Shown here piece by piece: positions 19,390 to 30,600 of a stretch of 64,000 nt of DNA (the stretch's first letter is position 1; every line of letters starts with the position of its first letter). Under the pieces are notes generated by a model. That model made no database searches. It saw nothing but the letters and a program-made list of their open reading frames with translations, and was not told where the DNA came from. This stretch comes from an uncultured Holophaga sp. GTDB taxonomy: Bacteria > Acidobacteriota > Holophagae > Holophagales > Holophagaceae. The stretch is from contig OY761614.1 in NCBI GenBank assembly GCA_963664825.1, positions 1,984,001 through 2,048,000 on the forward strand, written 5' to 3'. The translations under genes and the position numbers were made by a program.

Positions 19390-19414
19390 GGGCCCTTGGT
19401 TCTCGGGTCCGCAT

Positions 19415-20410
19415 CTATCCTCGAGGCCTGTCCGGCGCATCCGAATAGAGCCTTGCCAGCAGCAGCGCCAGCTCGGTGCGGCGGCGGGCTTGGGTGGGAA
19501 GCAGGATGTCCTCCTGCTGAAGCAGGGCGATCAGCTTGTGGGGAATCCTGTCCTGGTCGCCGACGATGCCCACGTGGCCTGCCCTGAGATTGACCACCTT
19601 CGCCCGGGATTCTCCATCCACCTGGGGCTGGGACTGCTCCTGGAGGGAGAAGGTGTAGTCCGATTTCAGGCACGTTCCATCGGGACGCAGCTCCCGGCAG
19701 GAATCGCGTTCATCGGAATTGATTTTGAGGTGACGCTTCACCTGGGGAATCAAGTGGCCAGGCTGTGTGATGAAGGCCCCGTTGTAGGTGATGTCTCTCC
19801 ATTTGGCTCCGGAGATGATGCGGCAGATGGGAATGACCAGCCCGAGGCTGATGAACCTGGCCGTCGGAGAGCCGCAGTGGCTGGCCGCCGCGATCCCCGC
19901 AAAGGGCGCCGAAATGGTCACAAGGCTAATCCGAAGTCCCGGATCCATGACCATTCCCGGGCGATCCAGGATGAGCGCCTTCCGGGCCAACAGGCCACCC
20001 TGGCTGTGGCCCAGGACCGTCATCTCCTTATTCCGCATCCTGGCGCTCAGGGACTGGATCGCCTGGGCCAATCGCCCCGAGCTGGCCATCATGTCATCCC
20101 TGTCGTCATAGCTGAAGCCGATGGTCTGTTGGCCATGGAACGCAAAGACCTCCGCCAGGGCCTGGAAGCGGCCCGCCGAGCCATTGCATCCATGGACGAG
20201 AATGATCACCGGCTGGCGGGAGTCGAGGTACAGGGTTCGATCCGGGTCATCCGTGCAGGGGCCCAGCCCCGGGATATTCAGCACGAGATCCGCTTTCGGC
20301 AGATACTCCGCATGGCGAAAGGCCCTGGGGCCATGATCCGGAGCCGGGAGGCCGCAGTGCAGGGCCGTGAGCAGCACCGCGGTCATAGCCAAATAGGAAA
20401 AAGAATGCAT
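19415..20410 (-). CDS. Alpha/beta hydrolase (esterase/lipase-like), probable lipoprotein
   Basis: LVHGC, GHSQGG nucleophile elbow, SAPFAG; TALHC lipobox-like motif. Confidence 0.75.
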   Translation of the reverse strand: MHSFSYLAMTAVLLTALHCGLPAPDHGPRAFRHAEYLPKADLVLNIPGLGPCTDDPDRTLYLDSRQPVIILVHGCNGSAGRFQALAEVFAFHGQQTIGFSYDDRDDMMASSGRLAQAIQSLSARMRNKEMTVLGHSQGGLLARKALILDRPGMVMDPGLRISLVTISAPFAGIAAASHCGSPTARFISLGLVIPICRIISGAKWRDITYNGAFITQPGHLIPQVKRHLKINSDERDSCRELRPDGTCLKSDYTFSLQEQSQPQVDGESRAKVVNLRAGHVGIVGDQDRIPHKLIALLQQEDILLPTQARRRTELALLLARLYSDAPDRPRG

Positions 20411-20482
20411 GGCGCCAGTGTAGCGAACTGAAAGGGCAAAGGCACAGGTTCCTCGGCCGATGGCGTATCGGATCTGTCTGGG

Positions 20483-22525
20483 TCAGGGCATCTCCATCCC
20501 GTAGTAATAACGCTCAAACCAGGGGTTCCAGTCTTTGCCCGTAGCCTGATTCAATAACCCGATGAACTCGTCCGTGGTTCGGATGCCCCACGGATCCGCG
20601 AAGAGCATGGCGCGTAATACCTTCACAAGGGCGTCGTCGCCGATCTCCTTGCGGAGGGTTCCGAGGAGCACGGCCCCCTTCTCATAGATCAAGCCCATGC
20701 GCATGGATCTGTAGGTCCACTCGTCCTCTCCGTAGCTCAAGTAGTTCGCCATGGGGATGGAGATATCGTTGCAGAATTTTTTGGCGTGATCCCGGGAGGT
20801 CTCCAGGGCCGTGTCGTACGTCGCCTTCAGCCGGGTCTTGTTTACATTGAGGGTGAGCGCGGAACAGAACTGAGCAAAGGCTTCGGAAAGCCACTGTTCC
20901 TCGGGGTTCGGCCACTTGGCGAGATGCCCCCAATACTGGTGGGCGATCTCGTGGGCGAAGCGCTGGTTGATCCCCTTGGAGAAATAGCTCCGGAAGAGGC
21001 GATCCCAATCGCTGCCGGTCACACCGAAGGCCTCGTTGGTGATGATCATGAGCCCCGGAGGGGCCTGGCCCCATCCATAGGAATTGTCCTGGACGATGGT
21101 GAACTCCTTGAAGGGGAAGGGACCCAGCAGGAACTCGTAGAATTTGATGATCCCGAAGCTCAAATTTATGAGTTGGTCCGCGATCTGACTCTCGGTGCCA
21201 TACATGGCCAAGCGGATGGTCTGGCCTCCCCGGGTCTGTTCGCGAAACGTGTAGTCCGCCCCTAGAATGGTGTAGAAACCGACGGGTTTATCGATGCGGC
21301 TTTCAACCAGGTTGTAGTCGCCCTCCCGCCCTCGGGAGATCGTTTCTCCCCCCGTGACCGGTACCCAGGGGGCCTTGGTCTTCACCCGGGCCTTCACGGT
21401 GAAGAAGGCTCCTGGTCCTGCGATCTCAGGGCTCGGGAAGCAGTCTCCGGAATCCAAGCGCCAGTTCTTGTCTCCGATATTGGGAATCAGGATTTGCCCC
21501 TTCATGTGGCAACGAATGACGAAGGGCTGGTCCTTTGGGAGGGCCTGGGGCAATACGATGGTCAGGAGATCATCCCGAAACAGGAAGGGAATGGCGTGTC
21601 CCGCAGCATCTTCCAGGTGGAGGACCTTTTGGGTCAGCTCTGGCCAGGAACCATTCTTGGATCGGTAGAACCGTTTGCTGCGAAGATTCATGGAGAAGGC
21701 CCGTTGCCCGGTCATCAGGGGCACAAGGGTCTCCTCCGCCTTGGATTCCATGTCATTTCCGCCGAAGGCTGTCAAGTCCAGGTCGACGTGTCGGAGTTGA
21801 AAGGGCGCCCCAATGGGCTGGCGGAAGGTCCAGCCCTGGGCTGCCCTGGAAAGCTGGGTCAGCCGAGGCTCGGGGTGTTCGTTGGGACGCGGCAACCGGA
21901 TGTGTACCAGGTCCTCCCGAAAGGTGCTGGCGTTATCCAGATCGTAGAGGAGTTGGGGCCCATTCACGCCGAGAGGGAACAGCAGGGCGAAGGCGTATGG
22001 CTGGGTGGGTGCATTGAATTCATGGACACCGTATTCATGGAGATACTGCGTGAGAGAAAGCTGCTCGCAGGTCTGAATATCCCGGGCGAAGGCCGCCTCC
22101 ACTTGGGGGGCGGGATCGTCCGCACCCTGGACATCGGTCTTCATATTTCGGGTCCAGAGTAGAAGTCGCTCAAACCGACCCTCCAGCTGTGCGCCACCCT
22201 CGACGGGAAGAATCTGAGATTTCAGAAGCGTCCTGGCGTTCTTGGCGAAGAGGGTGTGATCAGCCTTGTCGATGCTGAGGTAGCGGAAATGCCCCTCTCC
22301 CCGAAAGTAGAGCCCGACCTCCAGACCGTTGGCTGTAAGCCTTATCAACTGCCCTTTTCCAAAGAACAGTGCGAGGTGGCCCACTTGAATCTGCTGGTTG
22401 ACAACGCTTTGGGTGTGCCCGGTCTGCGTGACAAGCAGGCGAAAGGGGGGAACGCTCTGTCCCCATATGGCACTCGTCTGAGCGCAAATCAACACCATCC
22501 ACCCGAGTACCATTCGCCGGAACAT
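20483..22525 (-). CDS. Secreted M1-family (gluzincin) metallopeptidase
   Basis: HEIAH-x18-E (WLSE), YEKGA and signal peptide. Confidence 0.85.
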   Translation of the reverse strand: MFRRMVLGWMVLICAQTSAIWGQSVPPFRLLVTQTGHTQSVVNQQIQVGHLALFFGKGQLIRLTANGLEVGLYFRGEGHFRYLSIDKADHTLFAKNARTLLKSQILPVEGGAQLEGRFERLLLWTRNMKTDVQGADDPAPQVEAAFARDIQTCEQLSLTQYLHEYGVHEFNAPTQPYAFALLFPLGVNGPQLLYDLDNASTFREDLVHIRLPRPNEHPEPRLTQLSRAAQGWTFRQPIGAPFQLRHVDLDLTAFGGNDMESKAEETLVPLMTGQRAFSMNLRSKRFYRSKNGSWPELTQKVLHLEDAAGHAIPFLFRDDLLTIVLPQALPKDQPFVIRCHMKGQILIPNIGDKNWRLDSGDCFPSPEIAGPGAFFTVKARVKTKAPWVPVTGGETISRGREGDYNLVESRIDKPVGFYTILGADYTFREQTRGGQTIRLAMYGTESQIADQLINLSFGIIKFYEFLLGPFPFKEFTIVQDNSYGWGQAPPGLMIITNEAFGVTGSDWDRLFRSYFSKGINQRFAHEIAHQYWGHLAKWPNPEEQWLSEAFAQFCSALTLNVNKTRLKATYDTALETSRDHAKKFCNDISIPMANYLSYGEDEWTYRSMRMGLIYEKGAVLLGTLRKEIGDDALVKVLRAMLFADPWGIRTTDEFIGLLNQATGKDWNPWFERYYYGMEMP

Positions 22526-22658
22526 TGTTTCTCCTGAGCCGCTCGCTGTAGGGGATATTTTAATTAGGCTAAATTGACAGGCACTCAAACGTGGCGTCAA
22601 TGGGAACCCAAATATTGAGGTGAGTGCGTGCCCGCGTATGATCGCAGAGGGCACGCGC

Positions 22659-24362
22659 ATGAAACTCACTCTGGTCGCCATCCACATCGAAGCCTCCGCT
22701 CGCGCCGTGCCCCTGGGGCCGGCCATGCTGGCTTCGGTCTTGAAGCGGGCCTATCCCCATGATGTCCACACCCGCATCCTGGATGGCTTCCTCTTCGAAT
22801 CGGCAGAAACCTGCGCGGCCCGGATTCTGGAGACGGATCCTGACTGGGTGGGCCTCTCCATCTATGTCTGGAACCGGGCCCGGGCTCGGGAGATCGCGGG
22901 GATCCTGAGGCGAGAGAAACCCTCGCTCCTGCTCTTCGCCGGGGGCTCGGAAGCCACGGCGGACCCCGAAGGGGTGCTGGCCGAAGGCTGCCTGGATTTC
23001 GTCCTGCCGGGGGAGGGCGAAGACCTCATCGTCGAGACCGTGGGCCGCCTCCTGGAGGGTGCCACGGTGGCTGAGATTCGCCTCGGCATCCATCCCGCGC
23101 CCGTGCAGGACCTGGCGAGCCTGCCCTCGCCCTACCTGGATGGCAGCCTGGATCCCTCCCACTATCCGGGCATGCTCTGGGAACTCTCCCGGGGATGCCC
23201 CTTCCGTTGCGATTTCTGCTTCGAATCCCGGGGGGAGTCGGGCACTCGGCGGGTGCCCATGGAAAGGGTCAGGGCCGAGCTGCTCCAATTCGAGGCCTGC
23301 GGCGTGAGCCAGGTATTCGTGCTGGACCCCACCTTCAATTTCGATAAGCGCCAGGCCAAGGAGATCCTGCGCCTCATCGCCGCCCAGGCCCCGGCCATCC
23401 ACTTCTTCTTCGAGATCCGCAGCGAATTCATCGATGTGGAGCTGGCCCGGCTCTTCGCCTCCATCCGCTGCACCCTGCAGATCGGGCTCCAGAGCGCCGA
23501 TGATGCCGTGCTGAAGCGGATCAACCGAAGCCTCGATCGCTCGGATTTCGAGGCCAAGGTGCTGCTGCTGCACCAGGCGGGCGCCACCTACGGATTCGAT
23601 CTGATCTATGGCCTGCCGGGCGATACCCTCCAGGGCTTCCTGGAGAGCCTGGACTTCGCCCTGGGGCTGGTGCCCAATCATCTCGATATCTTCCCCCTCT
23701 CCGTGTTGCCCGGCACCCGGCTCCGGGAGACGGCGCCGGGACTGGGTCTCCAGCATCTGCAGGAGATCCCCTACACGGTTGTAGCCTCTCCCGGCTTCAG
23801 TCAGGCCGATATGGGCGCCGCGGCCCGGATCGCCCAGGCCTGTGATGTGATGTACAACCAGGGCAAGGCCGTGCCCTGGTTCGCCCTGCTGCTGGACTGG
23901 CTCGACCTAGTGCCTTCCGAACTGCTGGGGCGTTTCGCAGAATTTATGGAGACACGCGCCGAAACGGGGCCCACGCCGCCTCCTGCATCCTCGTCGCACC
24001 CCCTTCGGGGGCAGGCTACCGGGAGCTGCACCTTCACGCCCGATATCACATCCCTTCAGGTGGCCTTCTTCAGCTCCTGTTTTCCGGATCCGCAGGAGGC
24101 CGCCGTGGTCGTCGATATCGTCACCTACTTCGGCTATTCCGGAGCCCTGTTGGAGGCCGCGGCCCAGGAAGGGCCGGAGGCCGCGCCCACACGCGTGGCC
24201 CATTTCCAGCACGACCCGAGGGCCCTGTTGGAAGAACTCCAGAACGGCATCACCGAACTGGAGGACCTGGTCTGTGTCCTGCCCCCATGGCCCTGTCGGG
24301 CCCTGCTCAGCGTGGAGGGCGAGGAGACCCGCCTGCGGATTCTCGATCCCCCGGAGGCCTGA
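22659..24362 (+). CDS. B12-binding-domain radical SAM protein
   Basis: PLGPAMLAS, SIYVWN, GGSEAT, GEGE, SRGCPFRCDFC, IGLQS and DLIYGLPG. Confidence 0.9.
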   Translation: MKLTLVAIHIEASARAVPLGPAMLASVLKRAYPHDVHTRILDGFLFESAETCAARILETDPDWVGLSIYVWNRARAREIAGILRREKPSLLLFAGGSEATADPEGVLAEGCLDFVLPGEGEDLIVETVGRLLEGATVAEIRLGIHPAPVQDLASLPSPYLDGSLDPSHYPGMLWELSRGCPFRCDFCFESRGESGTRRVPMERVRAELLQFEACGVSQVFVLDPTFNFDKRQAKEILRLIAAQAPAIHFFFEIRSEFIDVELARLFASIRCTLQIGLQSADDAVLKRINRSLDRSDFEAKVLLLHQAGATYGFDLIYGLPGDTLQGFLESLDFALGLVPNHLDIFPLSVLPGTRLRETAPGLGLQHLQEIPYTVVASPGFSQADMGAAARIAQACDVMYNQGKAVPWFALLLDWLDLVPSELLGRFAEFMETRAETGPTPPPASSSHPLRGQATGSCTFTPDITSLQVAFFSSCFPDPQEAAVVVDIVTYFGYSGALLEAAAQEGPEAAPTRVAHFQHDPRALLEELQNGITELEDLVCVLPPWPCRALLSVEGEETRLRILDPPEA

Positions 24363-24712
24363 TCGGAACCCGGGTGCAGCCATCAAGGCGTCTCGCAGAT
24401 TGGGAACCGACGCGTGTTGCCTTGGCCGCTCGGCGAATCCGGGTCGGTATTTCCCAACGAACATTACAAAACAGGAATTGCCCATTTGACGATTCATCTG
24501 GGCAAAATCTTAGAGTACGGAAACGAGATCAGGCGACTTCTGCCCCTCGGGGCCCGGAGATCCACGGGAGGATGCGGCTATTTTTTATCCATTCGCCCGT
24601 CGATTTCCCCTTTGAATCCCTGATTCCATGCGGAAGTGCTGATATGACACGTCAAAATTTTTGTATCGCCCATGTCCCCCCGGGTTCAACCTGTCCAGAA
24701 TCGAGGCACACT

Positions 24713-25378
24713 ATGCCCCTCCCTTCCCGAAAAAACAGAGGCTACTCCCTGATCGAGCTCCTGGTGGTGCTCGCCATCGTGGGGATATTGGCCATCGTCA
24801 GCGTTTTCATGTTGGGGGATAGGCGGGGCAATGCCGTGCGTGGTGTCATGGACGAGCTGGAGGGGGTTGTCCTGGCTGCCCAGCGGAACGCCATGGCGAC
24901 CGGGACGGATGTGACGCTCGAGACTTCGGCAGGTACCTGGGTGGCTGGGACATGGTCGCTCGATGGGCGCCAAACGGATCCTTTGAACCCTCCAGCGCGC
25001 CTCGGCTCAAGCAGCGAAATATTTATTTCCCATTTCAACCAGGGGCAACGGGATCACATGCATGCGGGTGTCGTCGGGGCTGATGACTACGCGACGGCTC
25101 TCGGGAGTGCGTCGGCGCTGGCCTCGGTCCCTCCTTGTGATGTAGAACCATTCCACAGTGCCTTGGCCAACAACCTATACACCGGGGCGGTCCAAAAAAT
25201 AACGATCAGTGGACTGACTAAACGATTCAACACGGGCTTTTGTATCGTCGTCGCCGGGCTGCGGGGTGGGGCTGTTGGCGCATCCGGGCCGGTGGGCGTG
25301 ATCGTGGTGCCTGCCAACATGGCGAACGTCTTCAAATTCTACAAGCGGGAAGGGGAGACCCAATGGAAGCGCCTGTGA
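24713..25378 (+). CDS. Type IV minor pilin, FimT/FimU-like
   Basis: Prepilin cleavage motif RG|YSLIELLVV (E5); first gene of the cluster. Confidence 0.82.
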   Translation: MPLPSRKNRGYSLIELLVVLAIVGILAIVSVFMLGDRRGNAVRGVMDELEGVVLAAQRNAMATGTDVTLETSAGTWVAGTWSLDGRQTDPLNPPARLGSSSEIFISHFNQGQRDHMHAGVVGADDYATALGSASALASVPPCDVEPFHSALANNLYTGAVQKITISGLTKRFNTGFCIVVAGLRGGAVGASGPVGVIVVPANMANVFKFYKREGETQWKRL

Positions 25379-25380
25379 AT

Positions 25381-25884
25381 ATGACATCCTCTTCAGACCT
25401 CCGTCGGAAGCGGCAGTCGGGTTTCAGCATGATCGAACTTCTCATTACGGCCTTCATCCTGGCCATCGGGATCCTGGGCCTCACCATGCTGCAGGTCATG
25501 TCCATTCGCGCGAGTACCGGCAGCCACTCCGTGGGCACGGCGGTCATGGTGGGGGAGGGGGTGCTGGAATCCATCCAGGCGGAAGGGCGGCAACGGATGC
25601 TCTTCCTCAAATACGTCGGGACAGCGCCTGCGACCACCTATTTCGATAATGGTAATAAGAAGATGACTCAGTACTACGCCTTCGACGGCACAAAGTTGGC
25701 GGATGCCGCGAATGCCTATTTCACGGTGGATATCAAGCCCGAGGTTGTTGTGGCGTGGGGCTCCGCGGGGGGGACTAAGTGTTTTACCGTGGTGGTTACC
25801 TTCGCGGATACCCCGAATCCGGCAAACCCGACCAAGACCATCAACCGGGCGGTCACGCTCACAAGGCAGGTGGCCTATGCGTAG
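25381..25884 (+). CDS. pilV: Type IV minor pilin PilV
   Basis: QSG|FSMIELL...ILAIGILGL..LQ. Confidence 0.82.
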   Translation: MTSSSDLRRKRQSGFSMIELLITAFILAIGILGLTMLQVMSIRASTGSHSVGTAVMVGEGVLESIQAEGRQRMLFLKYVGTAPATTYFDNGNKKMTQYYAFDGTKLADAANAYFTVDIKPEVVVAWGSAGGTKCFTVVVTFADTPNPANPTKTINRAVTLTRQVAYA

Positions 25885-26983
25885 GCGCTTCCAATTCCAG
25901 GATGGCTTCTCCCTGGTGGAGTTGCTGGTAGCCCTATTTTTCACCATGATCCTGATGGCTGGCATGGCGAGCGTGTTCAAGTCAAGCCTCGCAACGTTCG
26001 TGACTTCAGGGGAAAAGCTATCCTCGAACCGTCGGAACCGGCTCGCCATGGATCTGCTCAGCGACGACCTGAACGTGGCGGGGCAGTATCTCACGCTGGA
26101 TGCGGCTCCCAATGGCATTACTGATGCCAATCCCGGTTTCGTCATCCATCCGAATGTCGCCTTCACGGGGACGGATGTTCCGGCGGCGGTCGCAGATGAG
26201 CTCCTCTTCTACTTCGATGATCCTCTTCCTGCCGAAGGGACCTTCGGTGCCGATGTGCTAGGGACGGCTTCCTATGTGGCTAGTGGCGCAGCGGCAACCG
26301 CCGGAACTGGCATACCCATCAATTTCGCAGGGGATCCTGATGTGGCGGCCGTTGCGGCTGCCCAGGTCAAGACGGGAATGTTACTCATCACCCGGGGCAA
26401 CTACGAGTACAAGAAAATCCTGACGGCCGATCCCAAAGGAGCGACCACGACGGTGACCATCGATGGCATGTTCGGCGAGAAGCATCTCGCCACCGAGGGC
26501 GTGCTGATCGCCAAGCCAGCCCAGTATGTGCGCTACCGCATTCAGGGCCGGAATTTCGATCCAGAGAAACAGGCTGATGCCAATGGCAAAATTCCCTGCC
26601 TGATCCGCGAACAAGGGCCCTATCCTGGCGCGGGCACCTTCGCGCCCGACGATGCATTGACCACCATCGTGGCGGAGAATGTCACCAAGTTTACGGTGGC
26701 CCTCAGTGTGGATCGGGGTGAGCATTGGCGCACGGGTGCCGATTGGGACGCCATCAAGGCTCTCCTGAAAACGGATCTTGCGACTTCAGGGGCTCCCGGC
26801 TTCACGACGATCAGTGGCAATGCCCACTGGTACCGGTCCATTCCCATGCTTGTGCGCGTCAATGTGACGACCCGCACTCTCCGGTCTCGCTCTGAGTACT
26901 CGGCCACGGGAACGACGTCGGCCTACAAGGAACAGACCCAGTCCCTGGTGCTCCTCCCTCGTCATTTCGGCCTCCAGTTCTGA
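25877..26983 (+). CDS. pilW: Type IV minor pilin PilW
   Basis: DG|FSLVELLVAL, R.AMDLLSDDL..AG and IVAENV; position in operon. Confidence 0.8.
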   Translation: MRRRFQFQDGFSLVELLVALFFTMILMAGMASVFKSSLATFVTSGEKLSSNRRNRLAMDLLSDDLNVAGQYLTLDAAPNGITDANPGFVIHPNVAFTGTDVPAAVADELLFYFDDPLPAEGTFGADVLGTASYVASGAAATAGTGIPINFAGDPDVAAVAAAQVKTGMLLITRGNYEYKKILTADPKGATTTVTIDGMFGEKHLATEGVLIAKPAQYVRYRIQGRNFDPEKQADANGKIPCLIREQGPYPGAGTFAPDDALTTIVAENVTKFTVALSVDRGEHWRTGADWDAIKALLKTDLATSGAPGFTTISGNAHWYRSIPMLVRVNVTTRTLRSRSEYSATGTTSAYKEQTQSLVLLPRHFGLQF

Positions 26984-26995
26984 AACAGGCGCCTC

Positions 26996-27577
26996 ATGAA
27001 AAATAGACAAGTTGTTCTTTCCGATCCCCAATCCGGAGGCGTCACCATTCTGGTGGCCCTGATGCTGCTTGTACTGCTCACGGTCGCAGCCATCGCAATG
27101 TCCCGCAATGCTCTGCGGGAGGTCATCATTTCGGGGACGGTCCGCCAGGGGGCGGAGGCGCGCAACGTGGCCGATACGGGCATCGAGTGGTCTTGCTACT
27201 GGCTGACGCCGGATGGGGCCGTGACCAAGGCGGAACCGGATGCGGGTGCCAGCGATTTCGAGGGCAAGGTCAAGGAACTGAGTGGGAGTATGGAGCTTTC
27301 GGGTGAACTCCGGACCGTGGACGCGGCAGGCGTGATGAAGCGCACTGGAACCGACGGCGCCACGCGCTCCTATAGTTTGGGCGTGATCCGCATGGGCAAA
27401 CAACAGCTGGATCTGACAGGCGGGGCTCCCAGTACAGGGGCGGGCGGCATGACCCAAGCCATACCCCCGGAACTATTGCCGGATATTTGGTCCATTAGGT
27501 CGACGGGTAAATTGGATTACGGCGGGATCGCTTTCCAGCATACGCGTGAGGCCTGGGCGACGGCTCCACCCCATTAG
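26996..27577 (+). CDS. pilX: Type IV minor pilin PilX
   Basis: QSG|GVTILVALMLLVLLT lacks E5 as PilX does; A..ADTGIE. Confidence 0.8.
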   Translation: MKNRQVVLSDPQSGGVTILVALMLLVLLTVAAIAMSRNALREVIISGTVRQGAEARNVADTGIEWSCYWLTPDGAVTKAEPDAGASDFEGKVKELSGSMELSGELRTVDAAGVMKRTGTDGATRSYSLGVIRMGKQQLDLTGGAPSTGAGGMTQAIPPELLPDIWSIRSTGKLDYGGIAFQHTREAWATAPPH

Positions 27578-27617
27578 TCCTCTCTGCCGAAATCTTCTCC
27601 CCTCCCGTGAGGTCTGT

Positions 27618-30600
27618 ATGCGCCATTTCAGTCGTCTATTCAGTGCTCTGCTCGCCCTTGCCCTGGCTTCGCCCCTGGCGGCACAGCTGAATCCCACATG
27701 GCAGGCTCCCAATTCGCCTGATTTTCTGGATCTCTATCAGAGGTCCAGTAGTACCAAGGTGAAGCCTGAGATCGCGACGATCTTCGACTTCTCGGGGTCC
27801 ATGCAATGCCTGATGTACCATCCGGCCTATTTCAACAATGATCCCAACGACATCGGTGACCTCTCTGGCATTACCTTCACCCTTTCCGGGCCCGCAGGAA
27901 CCATGAAGGTGACGGCTTCGGTCGGGTTGGCCTGGTTCACCAGCGCGGTGCTGATCCGCCCCGATGGTACCCAGGTCACTGAGGCCAACGTGAACACCAC
28001 CTCCACCACCAGCCCGGTTCTCTGGGGTGACAAGAGCTTGAATGGTGCATCTTCCCAGGCTTGCGATGTGCGGAACTGGGTGCGGGCAGCCTCCCACATC
28101 CGCTTGACCTATACGGGAGCCAATACCAATGGCCCGAACCAAGGGACTCTCTTGCCACCGGGCGTGAAGCGAACAGTGGATTTGCCGATTCCATGGAAGG
28201 TGATGGACGCGACCTCCACGGGCTATCCGTTGAGTTCCATGACCGTAAAAGATCAATACATTGGAACGAACACCGATGGAACCACGACCACCTATGGAAG
28301 TGGGAATCTCCTGGAGGTCGATACACGGTACAAGATCCAGACTGGTTTCGCGGATATAGCCCCCAGCACTCAGATCCGGGACAACAACCTAGTGCTCTCC
28401 GGCGATCCCGGCGCGATCGTCACTACCACCAAGTACATGATCCGTCTAAACAAAGCATACATTGACTGGCTCTTCACGGGCACCTATCAGAACACGGACA
28501 ATACCAGACCCGATTACTGCACCGCCGCGAGCGGTTTGACCGGAAAGTACATCGTCTTCGATGCTCTTTCCATTACAAATGTCGGCAACCAGACAAATGT
28601 GGGCCAGGGCCAAGCTTTTGGCACGTTCGGCACTGAAACAATAAACTTCTGGGATCCGCAAGCGCAGGCTTACATCTCCCGATCGGCCAAGTACAATGCC
28701 ATTCCGGCCAGGGACCGGGTCCAGGCGGTGAAGGAAGCCGCCATCCGGACCTGGATCAACTACCAGTCTCGGGTCTTTTGGGCCTTCCGCTTCCTGGACG
28801 ATGCGACAGAGTCCCTTAGTGGCAAGGCGAGCACAATCAACAACAATTCAAAGACTACCCTTGGGGGTGCGGATCCCACCAGCACCTGGGTGAGCGGCAG
28901 TGATTCGGGCTGGACCCTGCTCAACGGCGCCTCCGTCAAGGGCATGAATCGCATCGCAGCCCTCTTTCCCTACACCAATACCCCTCTTACGTACGCCACG
29001 GCGAGAGCCCTTGCGCAATTCACGGATCCCAGCAGTGTTTTTGGGAATGTGGAAACCGGGGCGGATGCACCCGTTCAATGCCAGAAACGCTTCTTAATCA
29101 TTTTCACGGATGGCGTTCCCAGTTCGGATCATGGCAGCGAGTTAACGACGGATACGCCCTACCTTCCCTCCGCGGGGGCTCTCACTGGAGACGCGGAGAC
29201 CGGCAACGGCAATTTATGGGATAAGGGTGCGGGTAGCCTTAAGGCGGCGGCGGCGAACATCAACCCGGGCAACAGTTGGTGGAACATCTTCACCTACGCA
29301 GGAATCGCGGCCCACCTTGGCGACAGCTCCAAGACCCAATATTCAACAGATAACTCCATCACGACATTCATGAATCCGCCGACATCCTATCCGTCCGGCG
29401 ACGCGGCACCCACCGCCTTCCTGCCCTTCGCTGTCCAGAATCGCGGGACGATATCAATTTCCCAACCCTATGGTCTGATCACCACCATGACCATTGGTGT
29501 GAGTTTGGGGGGTAAATATACCGATGCCAAGAGTGCCAAACAGCGCCTTTTCCTGGCTGCCGCTTTCGGTGACCCGGACCGCACCAGTTGGGATCTCAAT
29601 CCCCCGGATCTCTCGGCCACCAAGCCACTTCATCCCAATGGTCTGACCCCTTTTGCGTTGAAGGATCCCACCAAACCCGATGATCCGAACAATACCAAGT
29701 CGGCGAACAGCGTCTACTTCTTCGACGCGACCACCCCTGATGCCATTGTCAGTGGTCTGGGTTTCGCCTTCAAGGCGACCACTGCCATCGAGCAGACCGG
29801 CTCTACGTCCGTGCCGGTCATTCCCTGGATCGGGGGTGGCTTGAGCGATCAGATCTACCTGGCTTCCTTCTTGGTGCCCAAGGGCGGCGGGCCGGTCTGG
29901 ACTGGCGATCTGAGGATGTTCCCGACCAAGACTGTGAGTCTGACCGATACCACCACCGGATCCAAGACCCAGACTTTGATCCTGGACAATAAGGGTGCTG
30001 AGGTCCCCGGCGATTTGGCGAAGGAAAATAATCCTGGGTGGTCAGCCGCCAAGATCTTGGCCTCCCGCGCATGGACGACTCGGAAGATCTATACCCGCCT
30101 GCCCTCTGACAAAACTACTTCCAATCCCTCGATTTATTCCATACCCACGAGCATCACAGCCTCGGATCTCGGTACCAGCGGCTCCCAGGCCAAGCTGGCG
30201 GCCATCCTCCCCGGGAGCGATGTGGCCACCAAGCTCAAAAATTTGCAATGGATGATGGGGGCGGATCTCTCGGACGCGACAAGAGTCAAGACCCGAGCCA
30301 ATATCATGGGCGATATCTTGGACAGTGCGCCTTCCTTCCTAGAATATTCCAATCCCACCCTGTCTGGGAGCCTCTCGACCGCCTGGGACGCGGCCCCCAG
30401 CACGAGTAGGCATTTCCGGGTGATCTTCGTTGGAACCAACCAGGGGGTGATTCACGCCTTTGGCGAAGTGTCCTGGGATAACAATGTGGGAACCACGGCC
30501 ACTCCGGTCTACATTAAGGCTGGTTTGGTCGACGAGCTCTGGGCCTTCATTCCCACTGATATCATCAAATATTGCGATTACTACCAGACGATCGGGAACC

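Noticed and set aside
13170..24362. MEMO protein plus radical SAM gene as an AmmeMemoRadiSam system
   Set aside because: The radical SAM is a B12-binding type 8 kb away, and no AMMECR1 gene is present.
24495..24580. c-di-GMP-I riboswitch upstream of the pilin cluster (GGGCAAA...GAAA)
   Set aside because: The conserved GACGCAAAG junction and P2 pairing are not present; a cmsearch would settle it.
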